From Candidatus Latescibacterota bacterium (GTDB taxonomy: Bacteria > Latescibacterota > UBA2968 > SICM01), in NCBI GenBank assembly GCA_965217865.1, contig CBDCJO010000002.1, positions 2,624,001 through 2,688,000 on the forward strand: 64,000 nucleotides of DNA. Direction: 5' to 3'. Positions 58,220 through 64,000 of the stretch are shown one piece after another. The notes below the pieces were generated by a model. That model saw nothing but the letters and a program-made list of their open reading frames with translations, ran no database searches and was not told the origin of the DNA. Numbering within the stretch: the stretch's first letter is position 1; the number at the start of each line of letters is the position of its first letter. The position numbers and the translations under genes are program-made.

Positions 58220-60538
58220 ATGCAGGAAGAACAGGACATAACGCAACCCGCCGAGACACCCCTTCAACCGGAGACCCCGGTCGGAGTTGAAGGCCCGGCG
58301 GTATCGAGTGCTGAAGCCCAGACGGAATCTTCCGAGAGTCAGCCACCGGTCGATCCGTTTGAGGAGTATGAGAAAAAGGAATATTCGGATGAAGAGTTCG
58401 CCTCGATGATGAGTCTCTACGATGGGACTCTCCGGAACATCGAGGAGGGAGAAATCGTAACGGGTCGGGTGCTTTCCATCGCCGACAACATTGTCGTCGT
58501 GGACATCGGATTCAAGTCTGAAGGTTCCATCTCCCTATCGGAATTTGGAAATCCTCCGGAGGTCGCCGTTGGCGATGAAGTGGAAGTCTACCTGGAGAAT
58601 GTTGAGGACCAAGAAGGCCAGATCGTCCTCTCCAAACAAAAGGCGGACTTCATGCGGGTTTGGGACCGGATAAAGGAGTCCTACGACAAACAAGAGATCG
58701 TCGAGGGACAGCTGATTCGACGGATCAAGGGAGGCATCGTTGTCGATCTCTTCGGAGTGGACGCCTTCTTGCCTGGTTCTCAAATCGATATCAAACAGGT
58801 GAAAAACTTCGACCAGTTCATCGGGCAGGCCTTCTCCTTCAAAATCATCAAACTGAACAAGAGCCGACGGAACATCGTGGTTTCCCGCCGAATCGTCCTC
58901 GAAGAGGAACGGGAGCGGATGCGTAAGGATATCGTGAAGCTTCTGGAGGTGGGTCAGGTTCGGGAGGGAAGCGTCAAGAACATCACCGATTTTGGGGCTT
59001 TTATCGATCTTGGGGGGGTGGATGGTCTTCTTCACATAACCGACATGTCCTGGGGCAGGGTGGGACATCCCTCTCAGGTCCTGAATATCGGAGACACCGT
59101 AAACGTCAAGATCCTCAACTACGATCGCGAGAAGGAGCGCATCTCCCTGGGCCTCAAACAACTCTCGCCTCATCCCTGGGAGAACATCGAAGAGAATTTC
59201 CCCGTCAACTCCCGTGTGCAGGGGAAGGTCGTCAGCATCACCGACTATGGAGCCTTCGTCGAACTGGAATCCGGAGTCGAGGGATTGGTCCACATATCGG
59301 AGATGTCATGGACGCAGCACGTCCGACACCCGTCAAAAATAGTCAGCGTTGGCGATACCATCGAAGTGATGGTTCTGAAAGTCGATAAGGAAGGCCAGAA
59401 GATCTCCTTGGGCCTAAAACAGGTTGCCCCAGATCCATGGCTCACCCTTGACGATCAGTATCCGCCCGGGACAAGGCTTCAGGGGAAGGTCCGCAATCTG
59501 ACGAACTTCGGTGCCTTCGTTGAGATCGAGGAAGGAATCGACGGTCTGATTCATATTTCGGATATGTCCTGGACCAAACGTATTCGGCATCCCTCCGAAG
59601 TCTCCAAAAAGGGTCAGTCTGTCGACGTGGTTGTCTTGAGCGTGGATAAGAAACGCCGCCGCATCTCGCTCGGCCTCAAACAGACGATGGAAAATCCCTG
59701 GCCCATTCTTTCCCAGCGTTACGCCCCTGGAACCGAGACAAGGGGGAGGATCTCCCGTATCCTCGAAAGAGGCGTGGTGGTCGATCTTGAGGGCGACGTT
59801 GAAGGTTTTGTGCCCGCATCCCAGCTCAACATCCCCAACCTGAAAAAACCCGCAGAACATTTCAGTGAAGAGGAGACCATCCCTGTCAAGGTGGTGTCCT
59901 TCGACGAGATCAATAAAAAGATCGTCCTGAGTGTCCGGGAGTACATGAGGGGGAAGGAAGAAGAAGATCTGGAGGCCTATCTCTTGAGCCACGAACCACG
60001 ACCGGTTACACTCGGCGACGTGGTTGGGGATCAGGTCCAGGAGGTTTCATCTGAATCGCAAACAGAAGAATCGGACAAACCCCCTGAGCCGCCATCAACG
60101 GACGCACCGGTTGGGGAACCCGTCCAGGAAAGCGGGGAGGCCCCAGAGGCCTCCGAATCGCAAACAGAAGAATCGGACAAACCCCCTGAGCCGCCATCAA
60201 CGGACACACCGGTTGGGGAACCCGTCCAGGAAAGCGGGGAGGCCCCAGAGGCTTCTGAATCGCAAACAGAAGAATCGGACGAACCCCCTGAGTCGCCATC
60301 AACGGACACACCGGTTGGGGAACCCGTCCAGGAAAGCGGGGAGGCCCCAGAGGCCTCCGAATCGCAAACAGAAGAATCGGACAAACCCCCTGAGCCGCCA
60401 TCAACGGACACACCGGTTGGGGAACCCGTCCAGGAAAGCGGGGAGGCCCCAGAGGCCTCCGAATCGCAAACAGAAGAATCGGACAAACCCCCTGAGCCGC
60501 CATCCACACGGGAGCCACAGGGCGACCCTGAGCCGTAG
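58220..60538 (+). CDS. rpsA: 30S ribosomal protein S1 with acidic repeat tail
   Basis: Six S1 domains (AFLPGSQ, FGAFIDLGGVDGLLHITDMSW, GLVHISEMSW); AAGGAG RBS before ATG 58220. Confidence 0.96.
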   Translation: MQEEQDITQPAETPLQPETPVGVEGPAVSSAEAQTESSESQPPVDPFEEYEKKEYSDEEFASMMSLYDGTLRNIEEGEIVTGRVLSIADNIVVVDIGFKSEGSISLSEFGNPPEVAVGDEVEVYLENVEDQEGQIVLSKQKADFMRVWDRIKESYDKQEIVEGQLIRRIKGGIVVDLFGVDAFLPGSQIDIKQVKNFDQFIGQAFSFKIIKLNKSRRNIVVSRRIVLEEERERMRKDIVKLLEVGQVREGSVKNITDFGAFIDLGGVDGLLHITDMSWGRVGHPSQVLNIGDTVNVKILNYDREKERISLGLKQLSPHPWENIEENFPVNSRVQGKVVSITDYGAFVELESGVEGLVHISEMSWTQHVRHPSKIVSVGDTIEVMVLKVDKEGQKISLGLKQVAPDPWLTLDDQYPPGTRLQGKVRNLTNFGAFVEIEEGIDGLIHISDMSWTKRIRHPSEVSKKGQSVDVVVLSVDKKRRRISLGLKQTMENPWPILSQRYAPGTETRGRISRILERGVVVDLEGDVEGFVPASQLNIPNLKKPAEHFSEEETIPVKVVSFDEINKKIVLSVREYMRGKEEEDLEAYLLSHEPRPVTLGDVVGDQVQEVSSESQTEESDKPPEPPSTDAPVGEPVQESGEAPEASESQTEESDKPPEPPSTDTPVGEPVQESGEAPEASESQTEESDEPPESPSTDTPVGEPVQESGEAPEASESQTEESDKPPEPPSTDTPVGEPVQESGEAPEASESQTEESDKPPEPPSTREPQGDPEP
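60050..60508 (+). repeat. 102-bp coding tandem repeat, about 4.5 copies
   Basis: Unit SESQTEESDKPPEPPSTDTPVGEPVQESGEAPEA starting at 60050, 60152, 60254, 60356, 60458. Confidence 0.95.
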
Positions 60539-60661
60539 AATTCGCCCGTCAGGTATACCGAAAGATGCTCCATGCAAAGAGTTGAGGAGTCCCGATTTCT
60601 CAACTCTTTGTCATTTTTTCACCTTTGTTCCTCTCTTTTTTTCTTCTGGAAGAGGTCTCCT

Positions 60662-62014
60662 TTGTCTGAGGATCGATTTGTCTCCTTCTACACGCTCGGC
60701 TGCAAGCTGAACACCTACGATGCGGAATGGTACCGCGAACAGTTTCTGGGGTCGGGTTACCGGGACGTGCCGTTCGGGGAACCGGCGGACGTTATCGTCG
60801 TGAACACCTGTACCGTGACCGGGCAGGCCGATGCGCAGTCCCGGAAAGCCCTTCGCAAAGCCCGGCGGGTTTCGCCGGGAGGGACGGTCGTGGCCGTCGG
60901 CTGTTATGCACAGACCGATCCGGAGACCCTTGCGGCTATGCATGAGGTGGACCTGGTGGTGGGGATGGACGCCCGGGTGAACCTGCTGGACCTGATTAAC
61001 AACACCTGCTCGATCGGAAAAAGCCACGTCGAACGGCGGCGGGCGAAAGATTTTCATGAGATGGACATCCTGGGATTTGGTTCCCGTACAAGGGCCTTCG
61101 TAAAGGTACAGGAAGGTTGCGACCAGTTCTGTTCCTTCTGCATCATCCCCTTCGCTCGGGGTCGAAGCCGGAGCCGATCCGTCGTCAACACGATTGAACA
61201 GGTCATCAGGCTTGTCGAGGCGGGATATCCGGAGGTGGTGCTCACAGGCGTCCACATCGGGGACTATCGTTCGGATCAGACCGAACTCCTGGATCTGCTC
61301 AAGGCCGTCGATGGGGTCGAAGGGCTCATCCGGTTCCGCGTCAGCTCCATCGAAGCCACCTTCATCTCAGACGAGATGATCGATTTCCTCTCCCGATCGC
61401 AAAAGTTCTGCAGGCACCTTCACGTACCCCTCCAGAGCGGGGATGACCGCGTGTTAAAGGCGATGCGGCGGCCCTATACCGCTTCGCAATACCGCGACCT
61501 GATCCTGAAACTGAATGATTCGATCCCCGGCATCGGTCTGGGGGCGGATGTCATGGTGGGATTCCCCGGGGAAGATGACGAGGCATTTCTAAATACCTTC
61601 AGATTGATCGAAGAGATCCCCCTGGTCCATCTCCATGTCTTCCCATACTCATCCCGAAGCGGGACCCCTGCCAAAAAGATGCCACATCAACTGGAACCGA
61701 AGGTCAAGGCGGTCCGGGCCGCCCGACTTCGTGCCCTGGGTGATCGGAAGTCGGATGAATATCGCCGTAGAGCCGTTGGGAAGAGGTTCGATGTCCTTTT
61801 TGAGGGGAAGCGGGACCCGAAGACGGGCTGGTTGAACGGCCTGACGGACAATTATATCCGCGTCTATGCACCGGGTCCCGATTCCGTCATGAACCGGATG
61901 GTTGAGACAACCATCCGGCGTGTCGAGGGGAGCCGGGCCATCGGAACCCTGTTGAAAATTCCGGAACCGGAATCACCCGGGCGGTTGATGGAGTTGCCGA
62001 TTTTATCTGAATAG
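60662..62014 (+). CDS. mtaB: tRNA t6A37 methylthiotransferase
   Basis: TLGCKLN, VNTCTVT, KVQEGCDQFCSFCIIP radical SAM motif, HVFPYS.R.GT, GLTDNY; likely TTG start at 60662. Confidence 0.92.
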   Translation: MSEDRFVSFYTLGCKLNTYDAEWYREQFLGSGYRDVPFGEPADVIVVNTCTVTGQADAQSRKALRKARRVSPGGTVVAVGCYAQTDPETLAAMHEVDLVVGMDARVNLLDLINNTCSIGKSHVERRRAKDFHEMDILGFGSRTRAFVKVQEGCDQFCSFCIIPFARGRSRSRSVVNTIEQVIRLVEAGYPEVVLTGVHIGDYRSDQTELLDLLKAVDGVEGLIRFRVSSIEATFISDEMIDFLSRSQKFCRHLHVPLQSGDDRVLKAMRRPYTASQYRDLILKLNDSIPGIGLGADVMVGFPGEDDEAFLNTFRLIEEIPLVHLHVFPYSSRSGTPAKKMPHQLEPKVKAVRAARLRALGDRKSDEYRRRAVGKRFDVLFEGKRDPKTGWLNGLTDNYIRVYAPGPDSVMNRMVETTIRRVEGSRAIGTLLKIPEPESPGRLMELPILSE

Positions 62015-62017
62015 ACG

Positions 62018-62773
62018 ATGATCATCTTTTTTACGCTCGCCTTATTCTTCAGTGCCTTTGCCGATATCCCACAACCGGAATCCGCGCTGAGGGAAGGCCT
62101 GTCCCTGTTCCGGGATGGCGAATACGATAAGGCGAAGCGGATGTTTGGGATTCATCTCTCTGTGCGTCCGGATGACCCCATAGCCCTCTACCACCTTGGC
62201 TTGACCGAAACGGACGGCCTGAAATCAAAATCCTACTTCGAGCGACTCCTACTGATAAGTCCGAAAGACTCCCTTGCCGACGAGGCCCTGTTTGAAATCG
62301 GAAAATTTTACTATGCCGGCTCCCTCAACCTTTATACAACCGCCCGACAGGAGTTCCTGCGGCTCCTTAAGGACTACCCCGATAGTCCGTTTATTCCCAA
62401 GGCCCTTTATCGCATTGGGTTGATCGACATGATCCGGGGGGATTACGAAGCCGCACGCAACCGGCTCCGAAAGGCGATTCGGGCGGATTTGAAATCCGAA
62501 ATCGCAGCACTCGCCTGGTCCGCCATCGCGGAATCCTACACGATGGAGGGGGATTTTGAAAAGACCGTTGAAGTCGCGGAGGCCCTTCGTGACCAGCTGG
62601 GCATGGACGCTGTGGCCAGCCGCCTGCTGCGGATCGCAGCGGTGGGCAACGCAAGGATGGGAAATCGTGCCCGGGCGGACAGTCTTGCAGAGCACCTGAT
62701 AACCCTATTCCCCCATAGCGACGATGCGTATCGTGTTACACGAGGAGACCGGGCCAAGGCAAAATCCGAGTGA
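62018..62773 (+). CDS. Exported TPR protein (YbgF/BamD-like)
   Basis: Signal peptide; ADEALFEIG, LLKDYPDS...ALYRIG. Confidence 0.75.
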   Translation: MIIFFTLALFFSAFADIPQPESALREGLSLFRDGEYDKAKRMFGIHLSVRPDDPIALYHLGLTETDGLKSKSYFERLLLISPKDSLADEALFEIGKFYYAGSLNLYTTARQEFLRLLKDYPDSPFIPKALYRIGLIDMIRGDYEAARNRLRKAIRADLKSEIAALAWSAIAESYTMEGDFEKTVEVAEALRDQLGMDAVASRLLRIAAVGNARMGNRARADSLAEHLITLFPHSDDAYRVTRGDRAKAKSE

Positions 62774-62903
62774 AGTCCTTTAAGACAAAACCGTGCCCCC
62801 TTAAACGTTCCAGCCGCATTCTGATGCTCCGTTCTCCCGTCCCTGAACCATTCCTGAGAATCTCCCCCTACGAATTCCTGAAATTTTTTTCCTGAGGTCT
62901 GAC

Positions 62904-64000
62904 ATGGGCCAGGACCTGACCCCCCTGATGGAGCAATACTGGAAATTCAAGAGGAAACACCAGAACGCCATCTTATTATTCCGAATGGGGGACTTTTACG
63001 AGACTTTTTATGAAGACGCGAAGCAAGCCTCTCGCATTCTGGGTCTGACCCTCACATCTCGCAACCACGGGCGGTCCGACAGCGTCCCCCTGGCCGGAGT
63101 GCCGCACCACGCCCTGGAGACCTATCTTTCCCGCCTGATCAGGGCGGGAAAGAAAGTGGCGATTTGCGAACAGGTCGAAAACCCAAAACTTGCAAAAGGA
63201 ATCGTCAAACGGGACGTGGTTCAGGTGGTGTCCCCCGGAACCGCTCTGTCGGAGAACCTTCTCGAAGGAGGGCGCAACAACTACCTGATCGGAATCGTTG
63301 AATCGGACGGAGTCTCGGGAATCGCCGCGGCTGATCTATCGACGGGCGAGTTTTCGATTCAAGAGGTCCCTTCGATTCAGTTTTTTGAGGCATTCGAAGC
63401 CTTCGGGTCTCCGGAGCTCGTCGCCCCTGAGTCCTGGGTGGAGCGAAACGGGAGCGATTTCTCCGACCGTTTCCCAGACGTCCTTTTAAGCCCGGTCGAG
63501 GATTGGACGGCGGGGCACGCTTATGCGTACGACATGCTCACGTCTCATTTCGGGGTCGCCAACCTGCGAGGTTTCGATTGCGAGGACGCTTCCACCGGAA
63601 TTTGCGCTGCGGGAGCCGTGCTCGCTTACCTGAAGGCCAACCAGGGTGGGACGATCCCCCACGTCACCCGGATCACACGCCGCAGGCCGATGGACGGCAT
63701 GGTTCTGGACACCGTCACGCAGCGCAACCTTGAAATTCTGGGTACTCTCCAGGAAGGGCATCGGGAGGGCAGCCTGATTTCAATCCTCGATCGAACCGTG
63801 ACAGCCATGGGGGGACGGATGCTTCGAGCCTGGTTATCTCACCCCCTCACCGACGGGGCTCGAATCCAAGGCCGCCTCGAGGCGGTACAGGCATTTCTGA
63901 AAGTCCGGTCCACGCGTGAGGAGGTACGAAAAACCCTCGGCGGAATTTCAGACCTGGAACGACTCATGGGAAAAATCTGTTGTCGGCGGGCAAACGGTCG
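62904..64000 (+). CDS. mutS: DNA mismatch repair protein MutS (partial, runs off right edge)
   Basis: Manual translation MGQDLTPLMEQYWKFK...LLFRMGDFYETFYEDA...PLAGVPHH...VAICEQ...T.RNLE...TAMGGRML...DLERL. Confidence 0.95.
   Translation, partial: MGQDLTPLMEQYWKFKRKHQNAILLFRMGDFYETFYEDAKQASRILGLTLTSRNHGRSDSVPLAGVPHHALETYLSRLIRAGKKVAICEQVENPKLAKGIVKRDVVQVVSPGTALSENLLEGGRNNYLIGIVESDGVSGIAAADLSTGEFSIQEVPSIQFFEAFEAFGSPELVAPESWVERNGSDFSDRFPDVLLSPVEDWTAGHAYAYDMLTSHFGVANLRGFDCEDASTGICAAGAVLAYLKANQGGTIPHVTRITRRRPMDGMVLDTVTQRNLEILGTLQEGHREGSLISILDRTVTAMGGRMLRAWLSHPLTDGARIQGRLEAVQAFLKVRSTREEVRKTLGGISDLERLMGKICCRRANG

Noticed and set aside
60050-60508. Possible CRISPR array
   Set aside because: Units are contiguous 102-bp in-frame repeats with no unique spacers; no cas genes in the window.
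1-64000. tRNA/rRNA genes
   Set aside because: No cloverleaf or rRNA-like conserved sequence recognised by eye; a tRNAscan/Rfam run would be needed to exclude them fully.

Overview
Bacterial genomic window with three zones. The gene content and low-complexity intergenic repeats suggest an uncultured Gram-negative lineage; this taxonomy is inference only. (1) About 1-21 kb is a decayed accessory region. It holds many abruptly truncated genes, two IS1380 copies, an inactivated IS630, an IS66 end, RES/VapBC45/HigBA toxin-antitoxin genes, phage terminase-like and helicase remnants, one attC-like site, a sugar-acid catabolic remnant, and an intact but strongly divergent orphan EF-Tu. (2) About 21-37 kb is a minus-strand accessory block. 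Its most striking locus is an ECF sigma factor gene (24421-25023) overlapping the start of an intact 1031-aa ORF (21329-24424). That ORF is a collinear, miniaturised fusion of RNA polymerase beta and beta-prime. It keeps the NADFDGD, ED and GDK...RHGxKG catalytic motifs and the sigma-binding clamp helices, but appears to lack the flap, clamp zinc finger, trigger loop and jaw. It is the best candidate for an undescribed system. (3) About 37-64 kb is mostly housekeeping: BamA-like genes, an NtrY/NtrX-like pair, nth, efp-accB-accC-gcvH, scpA-scpB-rluB-cmk-plsC-rpsA-mtaB and the start of mutS. Several genes carry single-base frameshifts in homopolymers, which may be assembly errors. No rRNA, tRNA or CRISPR array was seen. 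All family assignments come from motif recognition by eye, not database searches.
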